A DNA stretch of 64,000 nucleotides. It comes from Opitutales bacterium. GTDB lineage: Bacteria > Verrucomicrobiota > Verrucomicrobiia > Opitutales > UBA2987. Location: positions 416,001 through 480,000 of the forward strand of contig CBDDEL010000014.1 in assembly GCA_965226885.1 (NCBI GenBank), written 5' to 3'. Of this stretch, positions 1 through 11,703 are shown in pieces. Position numbers and translations under genes: made by a program. How positions within the stretch are numbered: the first letter of the stretch is position 1; every line of letters begins with the position of its first letter. A model generated the notes under the pieces. It made no database searches. It had not been told where the DNA came from and was given only the letters and a program-made list of their open reading frames with translations.

Positions 1-174
1 CCACCGTCCATTCTTCCGTCTACAACCACTTCAACCTGCGACGATTCCTCTGCTCACGGGACAATTTCAAGCTCAACCGCGCCGCTGCACTTGCCCAGTG
101 GCGTCAACTCGGGGCGGCCTAATTCCCTATCGCCAGCGGAGAACTCAGACCTGCTAATTTCCTCTGACAGTGCC
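1..174 (+). mobile_element. IS6-family element, 3' end (transposase C-terminus 3..122 and right IR)
   Basis: Frame 3 reads TVHSSVYNHFNLRRFLCSRDNFKLNRAAALAQWRQLGAA*, typical of an IS6 transposase C-terminus. The segment ends in TGACAGTGCC, the reverse complement of the IS6-type GGCACTGTCA end. Confidence 0.75.
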
Positions 175-182
175 CTCCCCTC

Positions 183-1451
183 CTATCGATCGCCCAAGGC
201 TTCCGCCTGCCGTTTGAAGCTCTTCTCGACCACTGCGGAACCAATCGAATCGCCAAAGACGTTCACCGCCGTCCTGAAACGATCTAGTAGCCAGTCGACC
301 GACAGGATCAGCCCGATATATTCGACAGGTAATCCGACCGCGTTCAACACGATCACCATCGTGACCAGCCCGGCTTCGGGAATGCCCGCGGCTCCGATAG
401 CCGCCATGGTAGCAGTGACGGCAATCACAAGCTGCGAGGTGATCGTGAGCTCAAACCCAATCGCCTGTGCGATGAATATGGCAGCCGCGGCCTCATAGAG
501 GGCGGTGCCATCCATATTGATCGTGGCGCCCAAGGGAAGAACGAAATCGGAGGATTGTTTCGATACCTTGGCCTTTTCGACGGCACAATTCATCGTGATC
601 GGCAGCGTTGCCGTTGAACTCGCAGTTGAAAAGGCCGTCAGTAGAGCCTGGGACATCTGGTACATGAAACGGACCGGGTTTCTTCGGGTGAAGATCCACA
701 GGATCAAGGGAAGCGTTAAAAATGCATGGACCCCCAGCCCGGCAAGGACCGTTCCAAAGTACGCTCCAGTCTGTTGAAGAACCGCTCCCAGATTTCCCCC
801 AGCCTGAGCTTCACCAAAGCGGGCAGTCACCAGGCAGAAGATTCCGAACGGGGCCAGTTTCATCAGCAACAGGATGAACGACAAGAGCGCTTCGTTGACT
901 TGGACGATTATCTCGGTAAGCGCCTGGACTCGGGTGCCCATTGTCGTGAGCATTCCGGCAAAGATGATCGAGAAGAAAATCAGCGGTAGCAGGCTGGTCT
1001 TGGCTGCCGACTCGATCAGGTTGTCGGTAAAGAGCATCAGGACCAAGCCCCGAAGGATTGTTCCCAGGTCCGCATCTTCCCGGCCAGCAGTGCTCACCTG
1101 ACCCTCCGCGAGGCTCGCGTCCAGGGTCGTCTGGTCGACACCGACACCAGGTTGAATCAAATTCACCATGAGCAGACCCACGATCACAGCCAGGACGGTT
1201 GTCATCAGGTAATAGGTCACCGCAAAACCGCCGGGGCGGCCCAGTTTTCGAATGTCGCCGAGTCCAATGATGCCGCTCATCACGCTGGCCATCACCAGCG
1301 GAACGACCATCATCGTGAGCACGTTGAGGAATATCTTACCCCCAAGCTCGAACTGCATTGCAAATCTTGGAGCAAAAACAGCCAGGAGGATGGCCGCAAC
1401 AATCGCAACGGCGATGTACAAGGTCAGATGGCTCTTCGGTTTATCGGGCAT
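183..1451 (-). CDS. Dicarboxylate/amino acid:cation symporter (DAACS, GltP-like)
   Basis: 422 aa polytopic membrane protein with AFSTASS, LPLGATINMDGTALYE, AAIGAAGIP and LDRFRTAVNVFGD motifs. Confidence 0.95.
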   Translation of the reverse strand: MPDKPKSHLTLYIAVAIVAAILLAVFAPRFAMQFELGGKIFLNVLTMMVVPLVMASVMSGIIGLGDIRKLGRPGGFAVTYYLMTTVLAVIVGLLMVNLIQPGVGVDQTTLDASLAEGQVSTAGREDADLGTILRGLVLMLFTDNLIESAAKTSLLPLIFFSIIFAGMLTTMGTRVQALTEIIVQVNEALLSFILLLMKLAPFGIFCLVTARFGEAQAGGNLGAVLQQTGAYFGTVLAGLGVHAFLTLPLILWIFTRRNPVRFMYQMSQALLTAFSTASSTATLPITMNCAVEKAKVSKQSSDFVLPLGATINMDGTALYEAAAAIFIAQAIGFELTITSQLVIAVTATMAAIGAAGIPEAGLVTMVIVLNAVGLPVEYIGLILSVDWLLDRFRTAVNVFGDSIGSAVVEKSFKRQAEALGDR

Positions 1452-1755
1452 TGTGTAACCGACGATGAACCATCATTATGCTCTTGCCAAGCCTGAAAAA
1501 GCTAGCGAACGAGCATCGCTGCGTTCCGAGGACAAGAATCGGCCCTCAAAGGCCACTCAACGGCCCCGAGTGGTTCTTACTCTGGCAGCCGTGCAAACGA
1601 TCGAGGCGTGGAAGACTTGGTGGGGAAGTTGATGCAAGGTCCTCCGTTTTAGCTGTTTAAGATCTGCTGCTTCCATTGGATTTCAGGCAACTTATTGATG
1701 CAATAGTTGATATATAAAACATTACGGAATTTCCTAGTTTAAGACCTTGATCTTG

Positions 1756-3611
1756 TCACTGTACGATGGTTGGCGGGATTGTAGTGAACACTGGCCCTGT
1801 TAACTTCAATCCGATTGCGTATACCGACTGGCCTGGAGTAAGCGACATTACGTTGACTAGCCCGGATATTTCATGAAGGGTAAAGTTTGGCTCGTTATTG
1901 CTATTGGAGATGGATTTCTTTGTATTTTGAGCAGATCGTCTTGATTTTTAGGTGTTTTTCAGGGTGTAGAGACACTGCCCCCTTTCCCCCATTGGTTCGG
2001 TAGTGCCGGGGGCAGCACCAATGCACCCTTTAGGTTGGCACCAATCGGCGGGCCGCATGGTTGAAAAGACTGGCCCAAGGATAACTCTCACTTAGGTGAA
2101 AGTGAATCGTTCGGGTGTTGCGCACGATGACCGCTCCGATCTTGATTAATTTGAGCCGCAGGGTGTGGCATTGGGCCCGCGCCCACTTCGTCCCTTTTAA
2201 GGCTAACCGGCGCATGGCTTCCATCAAGGTGTAGGCCAGCGCCGACAAGAGCAATCGCCACTGATTGGCCCACCATTGATGGGCGCTGGTGCGCTCGCTG
2301 AACAATTGCATCTGTTCCTTGATTCGGTTCTCCATTTCACCGCGGCCACAGTATACCTTGTCGTAAAGCTCCTGGGGATCGCCCGGCAGGTTCGTCACCA
2401 CGAAGCGCGGGTTGGACCCCTGTGCGGTGTGTTCGGCTTTATGGATGACCAACCGCAGCCATCGCCACGAATCGGCAGCATAGACGAAGTCCTGGAATAA
2501 CCGTTGTTTTTTACCCCTTAGTTCGAACCATTCTTTGGCCTGCTTTTGCAACTGCTGGGCGTCTTGCTGCAAGCGTGCATTGCGAGCCATCCCCACGATG
2601 TAACTAACTTCGTTGCGGTCGCACCAAGAGAGTATCCGGTCTCGACAAAATCCACTGTCGGCGCGCCAAATAATCCGCGTACGGGGCCAGCTTTGGCGAA
2701 TCCGTTTAACCAGCAATTTGAGGATGGCCCCGGCATGCTTGCTGGCATCGATCTTGCTCGGCCGCAGGTAGGCCACCAGCAGCTGATCACCGCAAAAAAC
2801 ATATAGCGGCAGAAAACAGTAATGATCATAATAACCGTGGAAAAAACGTCCCTCCTGGAGCCCGTGCACCGGATTGTCGGTGGCGTCAAAGTCCAGGATG
2901 ATCTCTTCGGGTTCCTCGGCAAAGGAGCCCATGAACTGTTCGACCAACAGCTCGTTTACCGCAAAGGCCGCCCGCCGATCCTGCCCGTTTTCAAAACGAC
3001 ACAAAGTCGGCGCGCTGGCCAACGTTTCAATGCGCCCCGTTACCGTTTGCAACAATGGATCGTGGCGCAGGGTATCAAAGTCGTTCAAATCCTCATAGCC
3101 CGCCACCAGCCCGTAAACGCGCTGCCGCAGCATCCCCAAGACCTCATGGCGTACTTTGCCCTTCTGCCGTTTGTCCACTAACTGTCGGGCCGCTCGTTCG
3201 GTCAAGCCCAACTGCCGATCCACTTCCCGGATCAAAAGCAGTCCGGCATCCGAAGTAACCTCTCCGCCCTTGAAATCAACCCGCACACGGCGGCCTTTTA
3301 CCCTTGTCAACTGTAGCTTTAATTGTTTACCTTTTGTCATCGCTGATATTGCTTTAATTATTGATCTATCCTGCTGTATATCAGCAGTTAAGCATATCAA
3401 CGATACTTTTTTTACGAAATATCCGGGCTAGCCCAACATGATCCTCTGGGATCGTTCCCAGCTCATCAAGTAAGAAAGCCTTAGCTGAGTTTGCTGGAAT
3501 ATACACATCCACATTGAAAACATCCGTTGCTATTTCCCCACCAAACAACCTCACCCCAACGTCGAGCGGCTGATTTGAAGGGTTTGCCAATGCTAACAGC
3601 TCAATCCGCAT
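1756..3611 (-). pseudogene. C-terminal fragment of an unknown protein, interrupted by IS1380 copy 1
   Basis: Removing the IS and one CTAG gives a continuous frame ...LALANPSNQPLDVGVRLF...DELGTIPEDHVGL|VNVMSLTPGQSVYAIGLKLTGPVFTTIPPTIVQ* (stop at 1756-1758). Confidence 0.6.
1861..3427 (-). mobile_element. IS1380-family element, copy 1 (intact; transposase 2030..3400)
   Basis: 1567 bp with terminal IR CCCGGATATTTC and CTAG duplicated at 1857-1860 and 3428-3431. The transposase has TSDAGLL, LDFDATD, RADSGF and RGEMENRIKE motifs. Confidence 0.97.
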
Positions 3612-4023
3612 GATACGAACGCTGAAGCTCTCGCTGTGGCTGCCGATTGGCGTGGTCGTTCTGTCGGTGATCCGGTTCGGCTTCGACCCGAGTTTCTCTA
3701 CCGGTTTCGTCCCTATGCTGTTCTCCCTGCCCGCGATGGTCTTCGGACTCGTCTTCGCCTGGCCCGGCGGCATCCCGCTGACGCGCGCCCTGGAGCGGCT
3801 GCATCCGGTTTCCCGGCCGGCTACATACGCGTGCGCGGCCGTACTTTGTCCACTCTCGGTGGCCGCCGCCACCATCGGCGGTCTGTTCGGACCGCCCGGC
3901 ATCTGGATCTACGCCGGGATCGTCTCGCTCCCGGCGTGGCTGGTGCTGTGGCTCCTGCAGTGGCGCGCCCGCCGTCTGGCGGCGTTGGGCGGCAGCGAGC
4001 AAGGCGAGGCAGGGCTTTCGTGA
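3610..4023 (+). CDS. Hypothetical membrane protein
   Basis: 137 aa with about 4 hydrophobic segments and GC-rich codon usage. Confidence 0.55.
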   Translation: MIRTLKLSLWLPIGVVVLSVIRFGFDPSFSTGFVPMLFSLPAMVFGLVFAWPGGIPLTRALERLHPVSRPATYACAAVLCPLSVAAATIGGLFGPPGIWIYAGIVSLPAWLVLWLLQWRARRLAALGGSEQGEAGLS

Positions 4024-4084
4024 TATAGGCCCCGATCCATGCAACAACGCTCTGTTAGTTGAGTTGCGACCGATCCTGCATATC

Positions 4085-4670
4085 CATCTGGACCCCTGGG
4101 GACCGGCGCAATCCCGTGCCGCCGCGCTTCGGCGCAAGTGATGCGCCCGTTACAGTTGTCGTCCCACTGCGCCAGGGCATCAACGACGGCCGGCTGCGGT
4201 ATCGCGGGGGACACGGGCGGCGCTGACAAGGGGCGCGGGGAATGCCGGACCATGTTGGTGGAAGGGCAGCCGGTCAGAATCCTCTCGACCGCGGCGGCTT
4301 CTGCCCGGTCTATGGTCAGGCGGTACTTACGGCGGACAGCTAGAGTTCGTGCAGCAAACCAGCAAGTGTTCACTGCGGGGGTCCACTCGGCTACGTCCTT
4401 GCCGATCTTCTGGTAGCGGTTGAGACGGGGATGCGCCAGCGTGAGGTTCAGGAGGTCGCGGGCAAAGGCGGCTTTGACGCCGGCGCTTGCTGCGCACAGG
4501 CCGCTGTCGTGGGCTTCGGAGCGGGCGACGATGTGCTCGATGTCCGTGTCGCGCGGGTGCTGCGGAAGTAGGTGCCGGTGTACGGGCCGTAGATCGCCCC
4601 GCCGAGTTCGGCCACGATCCGGGCTTCCACGGACTGTGGATAGGGATAGTCATCGGGGCTGTAGGGGGAG
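4085..4670 (-). pseudogene. DUF1524-like HNH nuclease with start of an Excalibur-like Ca-binding domain; frameshifted and truncated
   Basis: YPYPQSVEARIV...YGPYTG, then after a 2-bp CG slip near 4550 DIEHIVARSEAHDSG...NLTLASP...KIGKDVAEW...WDDNCNGRITCAEAR. The 5' end is cut by the IS3 left end at 4671. Confidence 0.7.
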
Positions 4671-4744
4671 TGATGTGCACTGGAAAAAGTGGACACGAGA
4701 TTCTCCTAAATGGAGAATCGAAGCATGGGAAGAAGACGCTTTAG

Positions 4745-7700
4745 CCCGGATATTTCGTAAAAAAAGTATCGTTGATATGCTTAACTGCTGATATACAGCA
4801 GGATAGATCAATAATTAAAGCAATATCAGCGATGACAAAAGGTAAACAATTAAAGCTACAGTTGACAAGGGTAAAAGGCCGCCGTGTGCGGGTTGATTTC
4901 AAGGGCGGAGAGGTTACTTCGGATGCCGGACTGCTTTTGATCCGGGAAGTGGATCGGCAGTTGGGCTTGACCGAACGAGCGGCCCGACAGTTAGTGGACA
5001 AACGGCAGAAGGGCAAAGTACGCCATGAGGTCTTGGGGATGCTGCGGCAGCGCGTTTACGGGCTGGTGGCGGGCTATGAGGATTTGAACGACTTTGATAC
5101 CCTGCGCCACGATCCATTGTTGCAAACGGTAACGGGGCGCATTGAAACGTTGGCCAGCGCGCCGACTTTGTGTCGTTTTGAAAACGGGCAGGATCGGCGG
5201 GCGGCCTTTGCGGTAAACGAGCTGTTGGTCGAACAGTTCATGGGCTCCTTTGCCGAGGAACCCGAAGAGATCATCCTGGACTTTGACGCCACCGACAATC
5301 CGGTGCACGGGCTCCAGGAGGGACGTTTTTTCCACGGTTATTATGATCATTACTGTTTTCTGCCGCTATATGTTTTTTGCGGTGATCAGCTGCTGGTGGC
5401 CTACCTGCGGCCGAGCAAGATCGATGCCAGCAAGCATGCCGGGGCCATCCTCAAATTGCTGGTTAAACGGATTCGCCAAAGCTGGCCCCGTACGCGGATT
5501 ATTTGGCGCGCCGACAGTGGATTTTGTCGAGACCGGATACTCTCTTGGTGCGACCGCAACGAAGTTAGTTACATCGTGGGGATGGCTCGCAATGCACGCT
5601 TGCAGCAAGACGCCCAGCAGTTGCAAAAGCAGGCCAAAGAATGGTTCGAACTAAGGGGTAAAAAACAACGGTTATTCCAGGACTTCGTCTATGCTGCCGA
5701 TTCGTGGCGATGGCTGCGGTTGGTCATCCATAAAGCCGAACACACCGCACAGGGGTCCAACCCGCGCTTCGTGGTGACGAACCTGCCGGGCGATCCCCAG
5801 GAGCTTTACGACAAGGTATACTGTGGCCGCGGTGAAATGGAGAACCAAATCAAGGAACAGATGCAATTGTTCAGCGAGCGCACCAGCGCCCATCAATGGT
5901 GGGCCAATCAGTGGCGATTGCTCTTGTCGGCGCTGGCCTACACCTTGATGGAAGCCATGCGCCGGTTAGCCTTAAAAGGGACGAAGTGGGCGCGGGCCCA
6001 ATGCCACACCCTGCGGCTCAAATTAATCAAGATCGGAGCGGTCATCGTGCGCAACACCCGAACGATTCACTTTCACCTAAGTGAGAGTTATCCTTGGGCC
6101 AGTCTTTTCAACCATGCGGCCCGCCGATTGGTGCCAACCTAACCCGGATATTTCGTAAAAAAAGTATCGTTGATATGCTTAACTGCTGATATACAGCAGG
6201 ATAGATCAATAATTAAAGCAATATCAGCGATGACAAAAGGTAAACAATTAAAGCTACAGTTGACAAGGGTAAAAGGCCGCCGTGTGCGGGTTGATTTCAA
6301 GGGCGGAGAGGTTACTTCGGATGCCGGACTGCTTTTGATCCGGGAAGTGGATCGGCAGTTGGGCTTGACCGAACGAGCGGCCCGACAGTTAGTGGACAAA
6401 CGGCAGAAGGGCAAAGTACGCCATGAGGTATTGGGGATGCTGCGGCAGCGCGTTTACGGGCTGGTGGCGGGCTATGAGGATTTAAACGACTTTGATACCC
6501 TGCGCCACGATCCATTGTTGCAAACGGTAACGGGGCGCATTGAAACGTTGGCCAGCGCGCCGACTTTGTGTCGTTTTGAAAACGGGCAGGATCGGCGGGC
6601 GGCCTTTGCGGTAAACGAGCTGTTGGTCGAACAGTTCATGGGCTCCTTTGCCGAGGAACCCGAAGAGATCATCCTGGACTTTGACGCCACCGACAATCCG
6701 GTGCACGGGCTCCAGGAGGGACGTTTTTTCCACGGTTATTATGATCATTACTGTTTTCTGCCGCTATATGTTTTTTGCGGTGATCAGCTGCTGGTGGCCT
6801 ACCTGCGGCCGAGCAAGATCGATGCCAGCAAGCATGCCGGGGCCATCCTCAAATTGCTGGTTAAACGGATTCGCCAAAGCTGGCCCCGTACGCGGATTAT
6901 TTGGCGCGCCGACAGTGGATTTTGTCGAGACCGGATACTCTCTTGGTGCGACCGCAACGAAGTTAGTTACATCGTGGGGATGGCTCGCAATGCACGCTTG
7001 CAGCAAGACGCCCAGCAGTTGCAAAAGCAGGCCAAAGAATGGTTCGAACTAAGGGGTAAAAAACAACGGTTATTCCAGGACTTCGTCTATGCTGCCGATT
7101 CGTGGCGATGGCTGCGGTTGGTCATCCATAAAGCCGAACACACCGCACAGGGGTCCAACCCGCGCTTCGTGGTGACGAACCTGCCGGGCGATCCCCAGGA
7201 GCTTTACGACAAGGTATACTGTGGCCGCGGTGAAATGGAGAACCGAATCAAGGAACAGATGCAATTGTTCAGCGAGCGCACCAGCGCCCATCAATGGTGG
7301 GCCAATCAGTGGCGATTGCTCTTGTCGGCGCTGGCCTACACCTTGATGGAAGCCATGCGCCGGTTAGCCTTAAAAGGGACGAAGTGGGCGCGGGCCCAAT
7401 GCCACACCCTGCGGCTCAAATTAATCAAGATCGGAGCGGTCATCGTGCGCAACACCCGAACGATTCACTTTCACCTAAGTGAGAGTTATCCTTGGGCCAG
7501 TCTTTTCAACCATGCGGCCCGCCGATTGGTGCCAACCTAAAGGGTGCATTGGTGCTGCCCCCGGCACTACCGAACCAATGGGGGAAAGGGGGCAGTGTCT
7601 CTACACCCTGAAAAACACCTAAAAATCAAGACGATCTGCTCAAAATACAAAGAAATCCATCTCCAATAGCAATAACGAGCCAAACTTTACCCTTCATGAA

Positions 7701-7882
7701 ATATCCGGGCTAAAGGGTGCATTGGTGCTGCCCCCGGCACTACCGAACCAATGGGGGAAAGGGGGCAGTGTCTCTACACCCTGAAAAACACCTAAAAATC
7801 AAGACGATCTGCTCAAAATACAAAGAAATCCATCTCCAATAGCAATAACGAGCCAAACTTTACCCTTCATGAAATATCCGGG
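4745..7882 (+). mobile_element. IS1380 copy 2 (transposase 4772..6142 intact; 3' end displaced to 7714..7882 by copy 3)
   Basis: TTAG is duplicated at 4741-4744 and 7883-7886. The span is 3138 bp, equal to 2 x 1567 + 4. Confidence 0.95.
6143..7709 (+). mobile_element. IS1380 copy 3, nested at the stop codon of copy 2 (transposase 6170..7540)
   Basis: Complete IRs, with CTAA duplicated at 6139-6142 and 7710-7713. Confidence 0.95.
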
Positions 7883-8993
7883 TTAGTATAGAGTTCAAAA
7901 ATGAGGCAGTTCAACTGATGATACTCGATGGTCTGAGCGCCACCGAGGTATCGACCAAACTTGGGGTCAACACCAACCAATTGTATAGGTGGAAGAGGCT
8001 CTATCTGGACGATCAGCAGGGCGAAGCCACCTCAAAGCGACAGAGCAGTCCGAAGGAGATGGCGGCCGAGATAGATCGTCTTCGCAAAGAGCTGCGCCGC
8101 TCGGAGCGGATCAACCAGATACTAAAAAAAACGGTGGGCTACTTTGCCAAGGACGAACAATGAAGTACCAGTTTGTCAAAGACAACGAGGGGCGCTTCAA
8201 GATCGAGGAAATATGCTCGGCGATGGGGATTTGTCGCAGTGGCTATTACTGCTGGAGGCACCGAGCGCCCTCGGCCCGGCGGATCGAGGACGAGGGAATC
8301 AAGGGGGCGATCCTGAAGGTACACAAAGAGGCCAAGGGCCGCTATGGGCATCGGCCAATGCACCGCCATCTGAAGGATGATGAGGGCATCGATTGCGGCC
8401 GTGACCGGGCTCTGCGTCTGATGCGTGAAATGGGAATCAAAAGCACCCAGAGTAAACGCTTTAAGCCATTAAAAACCAACAGTAACCATCCCTATGGTTA
8501 CAGCCCCAATGTGCTTAAAAAGCATGGCCAGCCGACCCATATCGACGAGGTCTGGGTGGCGGACACGACCTACCTACGGACCCTGGCCGGTTGGATGTAC
8601 TTGGCCACGGTGATGGACCTGTTCAGCCGACGCCTGCTGGGCTGGAGCGTTTCCAACCACAACGACGCGAAGCTGGTTGGCAAGGCCCTCAAAGCCGCGG
8701 CCATGGAATCGTTCTACGGCCGCTTCAAGACCAGCACGATTCGAGGCCGCCACTTTGCCGACGAGCGCGAACTGCGATCAACTGTCTTCGAATACGTGGA
8801 AATCTTCTACAACCGATATCGCAAACATTCCTCTCTGAGTTACCAAAGCCCAGTCCAATTCGAGGAAAATATTTGCCCCCCATGGGGGGCAACGAGAAAA
8901 CAAAACCCTTTACCAAAACAAGCCGCCTGACACACTAATCAATAAACAATGAATATAAGAGAATCCCGTGTCCAACAAATCCAGTACACGTCA

Positions 8994-10432
8994 CCATTGG
9001 TTCGGTAGTGCCGGGGGCAGCACCAATGCACCCTTTAGGTTGGCACCAATCGGCGGGCCGCATGGTTGAAAAGACTGGCCCAAGGATAACTCTCACTTAG
9101 GTGAAAGTGAATCGTTCGGGTGTTGCGCACGATGACCGCTCCGATCTTGATTAATTTGAGCCGCAGGGTGTGGCATTGGGCCCGCGCCCACTTCGTCCCT
9201 TTTAAGGCTAACCGGCGCATGGCTTCCATCAAGGTGTAGGCCAGCGCCGACAAGAGCAATCGCCACTGATTGGCCCACCATTGATGGGCGCTGGTGCGCT
9301 CGCTGAACAATTGCATCTGTTCCTTGATTCGGTTCTCCATTTCACCGCGGCCACAGTATACCTTGTCGTAAAGCTCCTGGGGATCGCCCGGCAGGTTCGT
9401 CACCACGAAGCGCGGGTTGGACCCCTGTGCGGTGTGTTCGGCTTTATGGATGACCAACCGCAGCCATCGCCACGAATCGGCAGCATAGACGAAGTCCTGG
9501 AATAACCGTTGTTTTTTACCCCTTAGTTCGAACCATTCTTTGGCCTGCTTTTGCAACTGCTGGGCATCTTGCTGCAAGCGTGCATTGCGAGCCATCCCCA
9601 CGATGTAACTAACTTCGTTGCGGTCGCACCAAGAGAGTATCCGGTCTCGACAAAATCCACTGTCGGCGCGCCAAATAATCCGCGTACGGGGCCAGCTTTG
9701 GCGAATCCGTTTAACCAGCAATTTGAGGATGGCCCCGGCATGCTTGCTGGCATCGATCTTGCTCGGCCGCAGGTAGGCCACCAGCAGCTGATCACCGCAA
9801 AAAACATATAGCGGCAGAAAACAGTAATGATCATAATAACCGTGGAAAAAACGTCCCTCCTGGAGCCCGTGCACCGGATTGTCGGTGGCGTCAAAGTCCA
9901 GGATGATCTCTTCGGGTTCCTCGGCAAAGGAGCCCATGAACTGTTCGACCAACAGCTCGTTTACCGCAAAGGCCGCCCGCCGATCCTGCCCGTTTTCAAA
10001 ACGACACAAAGTCGGCGCGCTGGCCAACGTTTCAATGCGCCCCGTTACCGTTTGCAACAATGGATCGTGGCGCAGGGTATCAAAGTCGTTCAAATCCTCA
10101 TAGCCCGCCACCAGCCCGTAAACGCGCTGCCGCAGCATCCCCAATACCTCATGGCGTACTTTGCCCTTCTGCCGTTTGTCCACTAACTGTCGGGCCGCTC
10201 GTTCGGTCAAGCCCAACTGCCGATCCACTTCCCGGATCAAAAGCAGTCCGGCATCCGAAGTAACCTCTCCGCCCTTGAAATCAACCCGCACACGGCGCCC
10301 TTTTACCCTTGTCAACTGTAGCTTTAATTGTTTACCTTTTGTCATCGCTGATATTGCTTTAATTATTGATCTATCCTGCTGTATATCAGCAGTTAAGCAT
10401 ATCAACGATACTTTTTTTACGAAATATCCGGG
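8994..10432 (-). mobile_element. IS1380 copy 4 (transposase 9035..10405 intact; right end truncated at the IS3 end)
   Basis: Left IR at 10432 followed by CTAA. The 3' non-coding region stops at 8994, directly against the IS3 terminal CA. Confidence 0.93.
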
Positions 10433-10440
10433 CTAAGCTT

Positions 10441-10489
10441 TTCCTTAGTTGTCCTAAGGAATCGGACCGATGTTCCTTAGTTGTCCTAA
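10441..10489. repeat. Iteron-like direct repeats, TTCCTTAGTTGTCCTAA x2
   Basis: 17-bp perfect repeats at 10441-10457 and 10473-10489 (32-bp period), immediately downstream of the rep-like gene. Confidence 0.6.
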
Positions 10490-11646
10490 CCCTGCTCGAG
10501 CTCATAAAGAATGCGATAGATGAGGCGCCCTGTTGGATTACTGCCGGGGTTTCCTTCCAGGGCATCGCCCTTGGCTTCTGAGAGGATTTGCTCGAATCGC
10601 GGACCTAAAAGTGCATGGGCCATCTGGAGGAACTTCTCGGTTTTCTCCAACTTTACCCCTGCCCGTTCCAGAAGTTCGCGGTGGTAGTATTCGAGCGCCC
10701 TGGCCTTCTTCAGGCGCTCCTGAAAAGAAGCCTGAGAGCGTCCGCCTTTTGTCCAGCCCTCCAGCATCTTGGATTTTTTGGGCGGGGCGATTGTCTTGGG
10801 AGCGCTACCCTTCTCCACCCAGAAGATCAGTTTGAAGTCCGAACCGTCGCGGGTTTCAAGCAAATCGGCGCGCAAGATTCCATCGATGATCTCCGCGCCG
10901 TTGAGTTGAGAAAGGATCGAATTCTTGTTCTGGGTGAAGACTTGCTTACGCTTGCTTTTGGCGGCCGGAACCGGCGCGCCAATCTGCTCAAGGATCGTAG
11001 CAAGCTTGATCGAAAACGGCTCGGATTTTGTGTGGTGAACGGCGCGGCTCGGAATGTAAGTGTAAATGGCCTGAGCCTTGGGACTGCGTAAGGAGGTCAA
11101 GACATCAAGGCAGATGCGAGCTAACTCCTCCCACCGCTTTAAGAGTCCGAAGAATTCGGGGCTTAAGGTCACGCGGTCGAGCCACATTTCATGCTGCATG
11201 GATAGCGCTTTGAGTGCATCACGCCGCCTGGCGGCCTTTTGATGAATTTTGATGTCTCCAAGAATCTGGAAGTATTCGACCTTGCCCCCGTCGATTTCTC
11301 TGGCCACCCAGGTTTCCTGAAGATCGAAAAGGATATTCAGGATATCGCGCGCGTAGCGGCCGCCCTGACTGGAAGCGTAGCGGCGGCAAAATTCATTCAT
11401 GGAAAAGAAAATCTCTCTTCCGTTCTGCAAGCGTTCGCGGAAAGAGAGCAGCGTAAAGCATGCCCTGCCGTGGCGCATATCCAGCGCCGGAGAGGATCGG
11501 CGCTTAGTCGGGTGCTCAAGGCCGATCACCCATCGTTTGCCATCCACGACGATCTCGCGCCCCTGGGATTGTTTCACAGCCGCAAAGAAGGGCGCGACAA
11601 TCATCTCGCGCGGCACAAGGGGTGTGATGGGCTCCAGCTTAGGCAC
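10486..11646 (-). CDS. Putative plasmid replication initiator (Rep/TrfA-like)
   Basis: 386 aa, basic, with Rep-like segments (PFF near the N-terminus, FSMNEFCRRY, AQAIYTY). It follows parA and an RHH gene and has adjacent direct repeats. Confidence 0.6.
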   Translation of the reverse strand: MPKLEPITPLVPREMIVAPFFAAVKQSQGREIVVDGKRWVIGLEHPTKRRSSPALDMRHGRACFTLLSFRERLQNGREIFFSMNEFCRRYASSQGGRYARDILNILFDLQETWVAREIDGGKVEYFQILGDIKIHQKAARRRDALKALSMQHEMWLDRVTLSPEFFGLLKRWEELARICLDVLTSLRSPKAQAIYTYIPSRAVHHTKSEPFSIKLATILEQIGAPVPAAKSKRKQVFTQNKNSILSQLNGAEIIDGILRADLLETRDGSDFKLIFWVEKGSAPKTIAPPKKSKMLEGWTKGGRSQASFQERLKKARALEYYHRELLERAGVKLEKTEKFLQMAHALLGPRFEQILSEAKGDALEGNPGSNPTGRLIYRILYELEQG

Positions 11647-11703
11647 GTCGCTTCCCCTTCCCCTTAGATCGTCTAATGATGGTAAGATGGCATGAAGTCA
11701 TGT

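Larger units (their letters stand above)
4671..8993 (+). mobile_element. IS3-family element (defective), interrupted by nested IS1380 copies 2 and 3
   Basis: TG...CA ends with IR TGATGTGCACTGGAAAAAGTGGACACG / CGTGTCCAACAAATCCAGTACACGTCA. OrfA reconstitutes as MGRRRF|SIEFKNEAVQL... and an A-run frameshift motif lies near 8124. OrfB (to 8930) has VWVADTTY and MESFYGRFK but lacks the central DDE segment. Confidence 0.9.

Noticed and set aside
2088..3431. Recurring small ORFs (62-134 aa) overlapping each IS1380 transposase
   Set aside because: These are alternate-frame or antisense shadows that recur only because the element is repeated.
1861..7882. Composite transposon formed by IS1380 copies 1 and 2
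   Set aside because: Each copy has its own target duplication and interrupts a separately reconstitutable sequence, so they are independent insertions.
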